A stretch of 64,000 nt of DNA from Sedimentisphaerales bacterium (GTDB lineage Bacteria; Planctomycetota; Phycisphaerae; Sedimentisphaerales; SM23-30), in assembly GCA_963663805.2 (NCBI GenBank), contig CAXXMR010000013.1, positions 352,001 through 416,000 of the forward strand, in the 5' to 3' direction. The position numbers and the translations under genes are program-made. Shown in pieces: positions 50,801 to 60,851 of the stretch. Position 1 is the stretch's first letter, and each line of letters opens with the position of its first letter. Under the pieces are notes generated by a model that did not search any database, had not been told where the DNA came from, and saw nothing but the letters and a program-made list of their open reading frames with translations.

Positions 50801-51384
50801 GTTTGCAGCTTCTCACATATCTGCTCGTGCTGGAAAAGTACAGTCGTGATGCGAATAAGCCCGTCTCGCCCGTAGGTGCGGTATATCTGCCCATCACCCG
50901 CAGTGGTGATCGACGCAGCGGCATGGTGCCGGAAGGTTTTAAACAGGACTACTGCGAGCCCGAAACCGATGTCCCCATCCATAAAGCTCGCGGCATAATC
51001 GATGGTGTGTGGATAGAGCATCTTGATAAAGAGCTGATACCTGCGAAATATTCATCGTACTTCGGCGCCTATATGAACAAAGAAGGCGAGGTCTTCAACG
51101 GCAAAAGCAGCGACATTGTGTGTACCGAAGATTTGGAAAATATGCTCAGGTGGACGAGTCTTCAGCTTATCGAGCAGGGCCGCCGCATTCTGGCCGGAGA
51201 AATCTCGGTACGACCCTATCGTTATGACGACAAGGAAAGTCCCTGTGAGTATTGTCAGTTCCGGCCCTTATGCCGGTTCGATGTTCGTGTGGACCGTTAT
51301 CGCACCCTGAGAGGGTTTAGCAAAGAAAAAGAAAATGTGCTTAGTCTAATAGCTGCCCAGCTGGAGGGGGCTGACAATGAGTGA
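47806..51384 (+). CDS. addB: ATP-dependent helicase/nuclease subunit B
   Basis: GRSGSGKT, LVPEQATF, IDGFAGF, SVSRLE.F..CPF.HF, GRIDRVD..DYKS, LQL..Y, CEYC.F...C.FD (Fe-S staple). Confidence 0.95.
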   Translation: MAAGKLRFLLGRSGSGKTHYCIESLRQQLIDSPVGPNLILLVPEQATFQMEQALLIDDQLKGYNRARVTSFGRLAQQILLETAPPTLPILTENGKRMILRRLLQQRIDELRIFNRAALKSGFIARLSKMLSELRQYSQSPETLREQLARLSSASDASLEPLRNKLADLTLIYEDYRGWVRGRFVEPEDFLDLMVEQCSRCEFLKGSHLWIDGFAGFTPQQFRALFALAASVSETEFSLCLNPTAPACYAIDADPQSLTNLSDMDLFHPTLETYQKLRRTAGALGVSIAQPLLFPLNKQKTMPRFDDCEILARLESNLAENRIEPAQSLTADVDIAPQGVAIVKAPDRRVEVETVARQILRLCRQYNYRFRDIAVILRDFSEYEELLRSSFADHGIACFVDQRRSVRHHPLIELLRSALSVLTSEFQTEYLLDYLKTDLANLSRQAVDELENYALAHAFTGRAWLQTWQSALGEDQPAPEEDTVQPLTAAQLDNYRTQAVEPLLKMRDEIYNGPPEPNRPIPVRQITAALVNLLERLEVPRTLSQWCTQAGRLGQLDAVLTHQQVYSDLLDIFDDLAQTLIDQQLTLEEYSEILSSVLGEMTLALIPPALDQVLVGTIERSRHPRIRAAFILGVNEGSFPKVSSPDSFLTDSQRESLLDEGFELGPTSVRKLLNERYLAYIAVTRPREFVWISYPAARADGTALKPSSMIDHIYDAAGDVPTIHLGGDIGQADMRRITSTAQLGRELALEFSRVHPGQQPEPLWRELAAAALNHADYRETIKRSLSGLTYNNQAVLTPEIVQRMYRHELTGSVSRLETFAACPFKHFASYALNLRERAELSLAAPDMGAFYHEALKDIFLTLKKQNRGWADLDNDELDQIVAQTTDSLARNHTQIAELLNLSARSKTLINFAAEHLKRFCRVLCKHAGASDFVQRSAEIAFGPETHAGALEYDLPDGGKILLRGRIDRVDYCDERGGIMVIDYKSSGGTFPFGHFYYGLSLQLLTYLLVLEKYSRDANKPVSPVGAVYLPITRSGDRRSGMVPEGFKQDYCEPETDVPIHKARGIIDGVWIEHLDKELIPAKYSSYFGAYMNKEGEVFNGKSSDIVCTEDLENMLRWTSLQLIEQGRRILAGEISVRPYRYDDKESPCEYCQFRPLCRFDVRVDRYRTLRGFSKEKENVLSLIAAQLEGADNE

Positions 51385-54300
51385 TATTCGTCTAACCGCT
51401 CAGCAGAATCAGGCCCGCACTCTCACCGGTCGTGATATACTGCTTACCGCCGCGGCAGGTGCTGGCAAGACCGCCGTACTGGCCCGGCGTTGTGTCTATC
51501 TGCTCAGCGAAGCACCTGAACCTTGTGAGGTTGAAGAACTGCTGGTCCTGACCTTTACCGAATCTGCCGCCGCCGAGATGCGCCAGCGAATAGCTGATTT
51601 TCTACGCAAGAAATCTCGCCAGCCCGGTTCGGATACCGAGATGCTCAGGCGTAAACTGGCACTGCTCGATAAAGCCCAGATTTCTACCATACACTCATTT
51701 TGCAAATCGGTATTAAGTGAGTTTTTCTATCTGCTGGGGCTCGACCCGACTTTCGAGATGCTCGACGCCGACGAAGCGGCTCTCTTGAAGGTTCAGGTGG
51801 CTGAAGAGCTTTTCGAACGGCATTATCGCGAAACCGACAAACGGGTCTTTAGTCCGTTTGTACAGGCCTACAGCTCCGCCCAGGCTGGCAATGACCGCAA
51901 TGTGGTTTATCGTATCGTGCAGATGAATAACTTTCTCGAAAGCCTGCATGACCATCATCTTTGGGCCAAACTTTGCCGAGAACAGCTTGAGGTTACGCTG
52001 GAAGACCCTGCTTCGCTCAAGCTCGCTCGTAAACAGTTTGAGGTTATTGCCGACCAGCTCAATCGTGTTATCCTGCAACTGCAATACGCCCGGGACGCTG
52101 TGGCTCATTTCCCTGCGGTCGCGGTTTACCGGGATTATATCGACGAGAAACTTATTCCCAACCTGCTCGGCATCCAGCAGCACGTAAAGAGCGGCGATAT
52201 AAATCTGCTCATAGATTCACTCATCGAGCGACAGCGTTGGGATAATGCCCCCGCAATCCGCAAACCCAAAGGCCTTGAAGAATGGCAAAAAGAAGAAATT
52301 GATAAGCAGAAAGATACCATCAAGGGTTTTATCGATAAAGCCAAAGATGGTTTCGGCAAACTGGTAGAACGCTTCGCCGTCGGCCCCGAAGCACTCAAAC
52401 GCCAATTGCAAATAACTGACGGAATGGCCCATCTCCTGCTTGACTTGCAGGGTGAGTTCGCTGCCGGATATACCGCTGCCAAGGCCCGTCGTAATGTGCT
52501 GGATTTTGCTGATTTGGAACATAGATGTCTTGAACTGCTCAGCCCCAAATACGATGTCGCTGACCAGTTGCGTCGGCGTTTTCGGCATGTACTGGTCGAT
52601 GAATATCAGGACACCGCACCGGTTCAGGAAGCGATTCTGAATCGCATCTGCCGCGGTAATGATAATGTCCCCGGCAATGTCTTTATGGTCGGTGATGTCA
52701 AGCAGAGCATCTACGGCTTTCGTCAGGCCGACCCGCGTATCTTTATGCGAAAATATCATGACTTCGAGCTGGTTCTGCCGGAACCGGAAAATGACACTGC
52801 CGATTTGCCGGACCGGGCCCGTGTCAATCTCAATAAAAACTTCCGTTCGCGACGCGAGATTATCGCCGGCATCAATTTTATTTTCCGTCGGTGTATGACC
52901 GAGCAGTTTTGCGGAATCGACTATGACGACCAGGCTGCTTTGGATTTCGGCGCCGAATATTACGATAACACCGCCGAAAAAGGCGCCGTCGAAGTCCATT
53001 TGCTGGAAAAAGAAGTTTTGTCAACCGATAAGGAAATTGACGAGCTCGACGCCGACCGGCGCGAAGCACTGCTTATCGCCCGGCGTATTCAGGACATGGT
53101 GCAGAACCAGAAATTTCAGGTTTACGATAAGCAGAACGACATTACCCGGCCCGTGGAATATCGAGATATTGTCATTCTGCTACGCTCGGCACGGGCGCGG
53201 GGACAGATCTGGACCGAGACTCTTTTGCAGGCCGATGTCCCCGTTTATGCCGAGCTCAGCGGCGGCTATCTCGGTGCGACTGAAATACAGGATATGGTCT
53301 CGCTTCTGCAATTGCTGGACAATCCGCAGCAGGATATCCCCCTCGCCGCAGTACTCAGAAGCCAACTGGTGGGTTTGGATGAATCGGAACTCGCCGAAAT
53401 TAGACTGGCTTCTACTAGAGAGTGTCCCTATTACTACGCCGTAGTCAATTATGCCGAAAACGGCGCCGATACCGCCTTAAAAGAAAAACTGCTTTTATTC
53501 CTGGAACGTTTGGAAAACTGGCGCAGCCAGGCGCGACAGGGTACGCTGGCGACCTTGATATGGCAGATATATCGGGACACTAATCTGCCCGCCACTGTCA
53601 GCGGATTGCCCGATGGTACCCAACGCTATAATAATTTGCTGCATTTGTACGATAGAGCCCGGCAGTTCGATAGCTTTACGCGTCAGGGGGTTAGCCGGTT
53701 CTTGCGGTTTCTCGATAAAATCCGCGACGAAGAAGGCGACTTCGCACCGGCGCCAGTCATCACCGAAGCCGAAAATGTGGTGCGGATTATGACCGTGCAT
53801 AAAAGCAAGGGGCTGGAATTCCCTGTCGTTATAATTGCCGATTTGGCCCGGCGGTTTAATACTTCCGATACCCGTCCCAGTATTTTGTTTGATAGTGAGG
53901 AAGATTGTTCCGTCGGACTGAAGGTTGTCGACCGACTCAGTCACGACCGCTGGGATACGCTGGCGCATAATATTATCGGCGAGACTTTGCTGCGTCGCTC
54001 ACTGGCCGAGGAGATGCGAATCCTTTATGTTGCCCTGACTCGGGCCCGCGAACGCCTGATTCTGACGGGTACTTCCAAACTGGACGATTTACGCCAACTG
54101 GGACAGCTTTGGCGCTGGAGTGCTGCCGAGTCGCTTGCCGAGTTTGCCCTGAGCGGAGTTGCTTCACCACTTTACTGGCTGGTGATGGCCTTGGCGGGGC
54201 ATCCCGATATGCAGGGATTTCTTGAACGGCCCGTTGATGATTTAACCGGCGATAAATATTCTGCCGCCGCCCGATTTGAGATAAACAGTTTTTCCGACAA

Positions 54301-55153
54301 GCAAATGTTCGAACTGGTAAGGGATAATCAGCCTCAGGTGGTTGCCCGCAAGTCTCTCGAAAATCTGGATGATTTAGCCCGTGATGATAACCCTGGTCCA
54401 GCCGCCGCTGAGGTGCTCGAGCGAATCAAATGGCGCTATGCCCAGCGGCAAATGACCACTCTGGCAGCCCGGACCAGTGTCACCGAGATTAAACGGCATC
54501 TAAACACTTTAGGCGAAGAAGATTTCGGCCCGCGCGATGGGGCCAAAACTGAAATCGCCGAACCTTTCAGTCGCCGCGTGCGTTTCCTGAACCAGACCGG
54601 CCCGGATATTACCGCCGCCGAACGAGGGACGCTTAACCATTTGTTCCTGCAATTAATTGATTTAAGTTGTACCCTCGATGAGTCCGGTCTGGCTGACCAG
54701 CTTAACGAAATGGTCCAGCGGGGCATTATTGATTCCGCCCGGATCGACGCGGTGGACCTGAAAAAGATTGCCGCGTTCTTTGCCGACTCGGCAGGGCGGC
54801 TGCTTGTTGATAATCCTGACCGGCTGGTTCGAGAATGGCCGTTCACGCTGGCCCTGCCCGCCGCCGAGGTTTATACCACCGCCGAACTAAAAGGTACTGA
54901 CGCTCAGGAACCGGTACTGGTCCGCGGTATTATTGATTGCCTGGTCGAAACTGATAAAGGTGTTTGGGTAATTGATTATAAAACCGACCGGGTTAATAAC
55001 TATACCATTGACCAGCGGGCCCAGGGGTATTATCCGCAGATGTGGCTTTATCGCCGGGCGGTCGAAATAATTCTTCATAAGCCGGTTTGCGGCCTGATAT
55101 TATATTTTCTGGAAATCAACCAGGCCGTCCAAGTGCCGGGTTTACAAGATTAG
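51377..55153 (+). CDS. addA: ATP-dependent helicase/nuclease subunit A
   Basis: AAAGAGKT, LTFT..AA.EM, STIHSFC, VDEYQD, VGDVKQSIY.FRQA, NFRS, MTVHKSKGLEF, YVALTRA, GIID..DYKTD. Confidence 0.96.
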   Translation: MSDIRLTAQQNQARTLTGRDILLTAAAGAGKTAVLARRCVYLLSEAPEPCEVEELLVLTFTESAAAEMRQRIADFLRKKSRQPGSDTEMLRRKLALLDKAQISTIHSFCKSVLSEFFYLLGLDPTFEMLDADEAALLKVQVAEELFERHYRETDKRVFSPFVQAYSSAQAGNDRNVVYRIVQMNNFLESLHDHHLWAKLCREQLEVTLEDPASLKLARKQFEVIADQLNRVILQLQYARDAVAHFPAVAVYRDYIDEKLIPNLLGIQQHVKSGDINLLIDSLIERQRWDNAPAIRKPKGLEEWQKEEIDKQKDTIKGFIDKAKDGFGKLVERFAVGPEALKRQLQITDGMAHLLLDLQGEFAAGYTAAKARRNVLDFADLEHRCLELLSPKYDVADQLRRRFRHVLVDEYQDTAPVQEAILNRICRGNDNVPGNVFMVGDVKQSIYGFRQADPRIFMRKYHDFELVLPEPENDTADLPDRARVNLNKNFRSRREIIAGINFIFRRCMTEQFCGIDYDDQAALDFGAEYYDNTAEKGAVEVHLLEKEVLSTDKEIDELDADRREALLIARRIQDMVQNQKFQVYDKQNDITRPVEYRDIVILLRSARARGQIWTETLLQADVPVYAELSGGYLGATEIQDMVSLLQLLDNPQQDIPLAAVLRSQLVGLDESELAEIRLASTRECPYYYAVVNYAENGADTALKEKLLLFLERLENWRSQARQGTLATLIWQIYRDTNLPATVSGLPDGTQRYNNLLHLYDRARQFDSFTRQGVSRFLRFLDKIRDEEGDFAPAPVITEAENVVRIMTVHKSKGLEFPVVIIADLARRFNTSDTRPSILFDSEEDCSVGLKVVDRLSHDRWDTLAHNIIGETLLRRSLAEEMRILYVALTRARERLILTGTSKLDDLRQLGQLWRWSAAESLAEFALSGVASPLYWLVMALAGHPDMQGFLERPVDDLTGDKYSAAARFEINSFSDKQMFELVRDNQPQVVARKSLENLDDLARDDNPGPAAAEVLERIKWRYAQRQMTTLAARTSVTEIKRHLNTLGEEDFGPRDGAKTEIAEPFSRRVRFLNQTGPDITAAERGTLNHLFLQLIDLSCTLDESGLADQLNEMVQRGIIDSARIDAVDLKKIAAFFADSAGRLLVDNPDRLVREWPFTLALPAAEVYTTAELKGTDAQEPVLVRGIIDCLVETDKGVWVIDYKTDRVNNYTIDQRAQGYYPQMWLYRRAVEIILHKPVCGLILYFLEINQAVQVPGLQD

Positions 55154-55425
55154 AGCGGTCCGTTTTCGTCACGAACCCGTTGGAGTTCACGCAGCGCCTG
55201 GTCAATACTGGCGATGGCACGGTCAGCGGCCCTCACGGCCTTGCCCATGGTCTCACGACCCTGTATCCGACGGGGGTTCTCGCGTTCATCAGCCGGAAGA
55301 TGTTTGTCTTCCTCGTTAAGCCGTTCAAATTCCGCTACCAGTTGGTCACGCAAAATCTGGGCCTGGTCGCGGGCCTCACGAATCTCAGCGATGCCGTTAT
55401 CAAACTCACCTGCGTTTTGTGCCAT
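55150..55425 (-). CDS. Small hypothetical coiled-coil protein
   Basis: 91 aa, helical and charged; GAGGAG RBS upstream. Confidence 0.65.
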   Translation of the reverse strand: MAQNAGEFDNGIAEIREARDQAQILRDQLVAEFERLNEEDKHLPADERENPRRIQGRETMGKAVRAADRAIASIDQALRELQRVRDENGPL

Positions 55426-55589
55426 AATCGATAGTTCTCCTCGGTTAGAGAGAATCCACCTGAATTCTACAGCCTTTTACGTCCCCTGCAACAGCTTTTT
55501 TGAGGATGAAGATCAACATGAGAATTAAAATCCGACGCTGGCCAGCCCTGAAGCCGCGCCGTTTAATTTCGGTTCCGGCCTTTATCCGA

Positions 55590-55652
55590 AAACTATACTA
55601 TACGACACTTTTTTGCAAAAAAATACCCCAAAAAGGTAATATAGTATAGTTT
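55590..55652. repeat. Perfect 13-bp inverted repeat, 37-bp spacer
   Basis: AAACTATACTATA / TATAGTATAGTTT. Confidence 0.7.
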
Positions 55653-55708
55653 GCTCCCGCCAAAAACGCGAAAAAATGCAAAAAAATGCAAAAAAACGTA
55701 AAAAAACA

Positions 55709-57158
55709 CAATCCTGTTCGGCACATTTATTGCTTTAGGCTTTTGGCCTCCTGTATTTTTTTAAAAAAAAACCCGAAATGTTAAGATGGGTAATTTGCGC
55801 TCGAGGGATATTTATGCTCTAATAGGAGGCATGAGTGCTAAGCGTCAGAAAATCAAGGAGCGGGACCTGCGTGGGTTCAAGTATTTCAAGTCCCTCTCGG
55901 CTCTGCTGAAAGGTCTTCACTCGGCGGGATGTGAGCGGGACCGGGCCGGCAATCGCACATTATTCATGGACCAGTATGTCAGTCTGCTGCTGTTATACAT
56001 GTTCAATCCGATCTGCAGTTCCATCCGGTCTTTGCAGCAGGCCGGCGAGCTCAAAAAGGTACAGCGGCTGTTGGGTTGTTCGCGTGCTTCGCTGGGTTCG
56101 CTTTCGGAAGCATCCCGGGTTTTTGAGAGTTCTTTGTTAGAGCCGATAATCGCTCAACTCACTGAGCAGTTAGGGCCGATATCTCAGGACAAAAAACTGG
56201 AAGTCGGTCAGGTCATTACCCTGGTGGACGGCAGCAGTATTCAGGCTTTGCAAAAACTCACTCAGGCTGCCTGGGACACCGACAAACCCGGAATTAAAGC
56301 ACACACTCAGTTTGATCTGGAAAAATATGTGCCTCTGAAAATAAATATCAGTGAAGACAAGTCTGATGAGCGAAAGGTTTTTTTAGAGAATCTTCAGCCC
56401 GGCCGGATTTATGTCAATGATCGCGGATATGCCTGTTTTAAGCTGTTTCAGGCCATTGTGGATAGTAAAAGCTCTTTTGTCTGTCGGCTGCGTGAGGATA
56501 CGGTTTACGAAACTATTCAGGAAAAACCTTTAACTGAAGATGCTCGAAAAGCGGGGATAATTTTTGATCGTACGGTAATCGCCGGCAGCAGTGAAAAACT
56601 GCGGGAAGATTTCAAACAACCGTTACGCCTGATAGCGGTTGAATGTCAACCGCATTTGAAACGGGGCCAGGGACCACGTCAGAGTGAGATGATTTTGATT
56701 GCCACCGACCGGCTGGACCTGGACGCCGAAGTCATTGCCCTGCTCTATCAGAAACGCTGGGCCATCGAAATATTTTTTCCGCTTTTTTAAGCATGTGCTG
56801 GGCTGCCGACATCTGCTAAGCCTCTGCGAAAACGGTATCGAACTACAGATGTACGCCGCGATTATCGCCTGTATGCTGATCAGCCTGTGGACGGGCAAAA
56901 AACCAACTTTAAGAACCTACGAAATGCTCTGCTGGCACCTCTGCGGCATGGCCGACGAGCAAGAAATGCAGAACCATATCAATAAACTCCAAAGCCAAAA
57001 CTAAGGCCGATCCTCAAAAAAATCGCCGCTGCCGCTGATGCTGCGCCAAAATAACCAGTGCCGACAGTCCCACTGAGGGATAATCCCCGCTAAATCATAT
57101 GAACTGCAAAGACCACAGAAAAACTGTATTTGAGCAATAAATGTGCCGAACAGGATTG
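55709..57158 (+). mobile_element. IS4-family insertion sequence, copy 1 (1450 bp)
   Basis: 26-bp terminal IR CAATCCTGTTCGGCACATTTATTGCT; 9-bp TSD AAAAAAACA (55700-55708 and 57159-57167). Confidence 0.95.
55831..57004 (+). pseudogene. IS4 transposase, copy 1, frameshifted by one extra T in a T-run near 56775
   Basis: Same protein as copy 2 until AIEIFF; may be a sequencing error. Confidence 0.85.
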
Positions 57159-57178
57159 AAAAAAACACGAAAAAATGC

Positions 57179-58626
57179 CAATCCTGTTCGGCACATTTAT
57201 TGCTTTAGGCTTTTGGCCTCCTGTATTTTTTTAAAAAGAACCCGAAATGTTAAGATAGGTAATTTGCGCTCGAGGGATATTTATGCTCTAATAGGAGGCA
57301 TGAGTGCTAAGCGTCAGAAAATCAAGGAGCGGGACCTGCGTGGGTTCAAGTATTTCAAGTCCCTCTCGGCTCTGCTGAAAGGTCTTCACTCGGCGGGATG
57401 TGAGCGGGACCGGGCCGGCAATCGCACATTATTCATGGACCAGTATGTCAGTCTGCTGCTGTTATACATGTTCAATCCGATCTGCAGTTCCATCCGGTCT
57501 TTGCAGCAGGCCGGCGAGCTCAAAAAGGTACAGCGGCTGTTGGGTTGTTCGCGTGCTTCGCTGGGTTCGCTTTCGGAAGCATCCCGGGTTTTTGAGAGTT
57601 CTTTGTTAGAGCCGATAATCGCTCAACTCACTGAGCAGTTAGGGCCGATATCTCAGGACAAAAAACTGGAAGTCGGTCAGGTCATTACCCTGGTGGACGG
57701 CAGCAGTATTCAGGCTTTGCAAAAACTCACTCAGGCTGCCTGGGACACCGACAAACCCGGAATTAAAGCACACACTCAGTTTGATCTGGAAAAATATGTG
57801 CCTCTGAAAATAAATATCAGTGAAGACAAGTCTGATGAGCGAAAGGTTTTTTTAGAGAATCTTCAGCCCGGCCGGATTTATGTCAATGATCGCGGATATG
57901 CCTGTTTTAAGCTGTTTCAGGCCATTGTGGATAGTAAAAGCTCTTTTGTATGTCGGCTGCGTGAGGATACGGTTTACGAAACTATTCAGGAAAAACCTTT
58001 AACTGAAGATGCTCGAAAAGCGGGGATAATTTTTGATCGTACGGTAATCGCCGGCAGCAGTGAAAAACTGCGGGAAGATTTCAAACAACCGTTACGCCTG
58101 ATAGCGGTTGAATGTCAACCGCATTTGAAACGGGGCCAGGGACCACGTCAGAGTGAGATGATTTTGATTGCCACCGACCGGCTGGACCTGGACGCCGAAG
58201 TCATTGCCCTGCTCTATCAGAAACGCTGGGCCATCGAAATATTTTTCCGCTTTTTTAAGCATGTGCTGGGCTGCCGACATCTGCTAAGCCTCTGCGAAAA
58301 CGGTATCGAACTACAGATGTACGCCGCGATTATCGCCTGTATGCTGATCAGCCTGTGGACGGGCAAAAAACCAACTTTAAGAACCTACGAAATGCTCTGC
58401 TGGCACCTCTGCGGCATGGCCGACGAGCAAGAAATGCAGAACCATATCAATAAACTCCAAAGCCAAAACTAAGGCCGATCCTCAAAAAAATCGCCGCTGC
58501 CGCTGATGCTGCGCCAAAATAACCAGTGCCGACAGTCCCACTGAGGGATAATCCCCGCTAAATCATATGAACTGCAAAGACCACAGAAAAACTGTATTTG
58601 AGCAATAAATGTGCCGAACAGGATTG
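57179..58626 (+). mobile_element. IS4-family insertion sequence, copy 2 (1448 bp)
   Basis: Same terminal IRs; 9-bp TSD AAAAAATGC (57170-57178 and 58627-58635). Confidence 0.95.
57300..58472 (+). CDS. IS4-family DDE transposase
   Basis: LVDGS, NDRGY, and YREK motif YQKRWAIEIFFRFFK; GGAGG RBS before ATG 57300. Confidence 0.93.
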   Translation: MSAKRQKIKERDLRGFKYFKSLSALLKGLHSAGCERDRAGNRTLFMDQYVSLLLLYMFNPICSSIRSLQQAGELKKVQRLLGCSRASLGSLSEASRVFESSLLEPIIAQLTEQLGPISQDKKLEVGQVITLVDGSSIQALQKLTQAAWDTDKPGIKAHTQFDLEKYVPLKINISEDKSDERKVFLENLQPGRIYVNDRGYACFKLFQAIVDSKSSFVCRLREDTVYETIQEKPLTEDARKAGIIFDRTVIAGSSEKLREDFKQPLRLIAVECQPHLKRGQGPRQSEMILIATDRLDLDAEVIALLYQKRWAIEIFFRFFKHVLGCRHLLSLCENGIELQMYAAIIACMLISLWTGKKPTLRTYEMLCWHLCGMADEQEMQNHINKLQSQN

Positions 58627-58703
58627 AAAAAATGCTCAAAAAACCGTCAATTTCGCTCAATAACCCCCCCTTTTTTACATTATCCAGAGAAAAAAGCGTT
58701 TAT

Positions 58704-60226
58704 TTAGACCGGATTATGTGCCGGTTCGAAGACCTGAATACGGTTTTTGCCGCTGTTTTTAGCTTCAAACAGTGCCGCGTCAGCTTCGTTCATAAACTGT
58801 TCTAGTGAGCTGTTAGTCCGAAATTGCCCCATTCCTACGCTTACTGACACATTTATGTCCTGTTTTTCAAATTTAACCGGTTTTTCCGATACGGTAGCAC
58901 CGAGACGTTCTGCCACGGTTAATGCTTCGGGCAAGCCGGTGTTGGGCAGGATTACGGCAAACTCGTCACCGCCGTAACGGGCAGCTATGTCACTGTGCCT
59001 GATGCAGTTCTGTATCTGCTGGGAAACGTGCAGGATAACAGCGTCGCCGGCGCGATGGCCGTAATTGTCGTTTATCTTTTTGAGATTGTCCATATCTACC
59101 ATTATGAGTGTGAGGTCGGTTTCGTAACGCCTGACCCGATGTACTTCCCGGTCCAGTTCGTCGTAGAAGGTGCGATGGTTGACCAGGCCGGTCATGCTGT
59201 CGGTCCGGGCCCGGCGGTTGGCGTCTTCGTACATCTGGATATTGGCCAGCGAAGAGCCGATGATGTCGCACAACAGCTGGACCGGCGAAAGGTCGTTTTC
59301 CGCATCGAAAGCAGGGGGCGTCAATTTTGTCAGCGAGATTGATTATGCCCACAATTCTGCCGCTGCCGAAAAGCGGGGCAATGATGCAGCTGTTGGACTG
59401 ATAGTTGTTTTTGTTTTTACGGCGTACGGGGGCTTTACCGTCCTTTTCGATTTCGGCGAAGTCTTTCAGCAGCAAAAGCTTGCTTTGGGCGGATGGCTTT
59501 ATCCATGGGGCTGTTGGAATGTTCCTCCAGGACCACGAGCCGGTCAATCGCGTAGGGGTGATTGTGCCGCATGAGGTGGAGTACGTGTTTGTCCGGGTCG
59601 TAAGTGTATAGTGAAGCGAACCGCGGCGGAAATGAGGGCGGGAACCTGGTCGGTACAGATAGAAGCGATACGGTCGATGTCCAGGCAGTTGATTTGCCGC
59701 GACAAGTGACTGATATGATTGATTTTTATCTAAAACCTTCTCGCGGGTTTGCAGATTTGAGTCTCGCTGGCTGAGTTGCTTTTGCAGATGGGCAATCTGG
59801 TGAGTGAGCTTGACGTTTTTACGGGCCAGTTCGTGCTGCTGCTGGAGGGGTTTCTTTATTTTTTTTAAGTTGCTGAAAAATAAAAATCAATACGTTTTTG
59901 CAGGGCGGAGATGTTTAGATTGTCGTAAAAGCACGTCATCACAATGGCTTTAATATGGAGTTTGGGTCTTGGGGGTTGTCAGTGGAATTTGTCCAGATTG
60001 CGATTGCCAGGAAATCTGCAATTTCTTTGCGGAGTTTGGGTATGTCTGTAGCGCATTTTTGGCAGTTGGGAGTCAGGAACATCACGGTCAGGGCCTGACT
60101 GTCCTTGGTTTGAGCCTGCCATTCATTATAATCGGCACAGTTAATCCCCATCCTGGCCGCCAGGGCGGTCAAGTGGTCGGCCAGGGGTCTGGGCAGACCG
60201 GCATGAATAATCAACTTCTGCCGCAT
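58704..60226 (-). CDS. GAF-GGDEF diguanylate cyclase, split by several frameshifts
   Basis: RHSD-IAARY-GGDEF (I-site and active site intact); GAF SCIIAPL...IVGIINLAD in another frame; coiled coil; AGGAG RBS before ATG 60226. The 5' extent is inferred. Confidence 0.75.
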
Positions 60227-60468
60227 GTTGCGATCGAGTCTCCTTTTTTGCCTATATGTAGTGTTTTGTAGATATAGGCCGTCTCCGCATCTAATACAAT
60301 CCTTTGTAATATCGGTAGATATGAAAGGCAAACTGAGGTAAAAAAAAAAAGGCAAAAAAACTAAAGTTTTGTTTGACTCTGATTAGCGTATGTTAATTAT
60401 TTTACAAAACGTAAAATATAATTATCGGGCTTTGCTAACCGGATGTAATTTGTGGAGTACGCAATAAG

Positions 60469-60754
60469 ATGACAGCATTAGCCGAAAAACTGAAAAATAA
60501 CCCGCCCCCTGAAGTTGTTCCGCATTGGTGAAGTTGCCCGTTTTACGGGTCTGAGTCGCCAGACGGTTCATAACTACACCATCATGGGGCTGATAAACGA
60601 GGGGGACTGGACGGAAGGGGGGCACCGGCTTTACGACGAGTCGGTATTTACAGAACTTGCCCGTATAGAACAACTTAAGAGTACGAAGACGCTTCGCGAG
60701 ATTCGTTTATTGCTTGACGATGAGCGGCGAATGCTTCCGGCTTCGGCTGGTTAG
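60469..60754 (+). CDS. Small MerR-family HTH regulator (one indel near 60510)
   Basis: LFRIGEVARFTGLSRQTVHNYT.MGLI....TEGGHRLY. Confidence 0.85.
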
Positions 60755-60851
60755 TCTGCCGTTGCTGGTCAGGGGCCACATGGGGTGCGGTCTCTGTCGC
60801 TATTGTTAACTTTGAAGGCCCAGGCGCGGGACAGGAAGTCCGAAAGTAATC

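Noticed and set aside
56770..56790. Programmed frameshift in the transposase
   Set aside because: Copy 2 is continuous in one frame; copy 1 has one extra T in a homopolymer.
55709..58626. Assembly duplication or composite transposon
   Set aside because: Each copy has its own TSD and private substitutions, and only 20 bp lie between them with no cargo.
60324..60370. c-di-GMP-I riboswitch (AAAGGCAAAC start) near the GGDEF gene
   Set aside because: No GNRA-capped P2 stem or GACGCAAAGC; the following sequence is only A-tracts.
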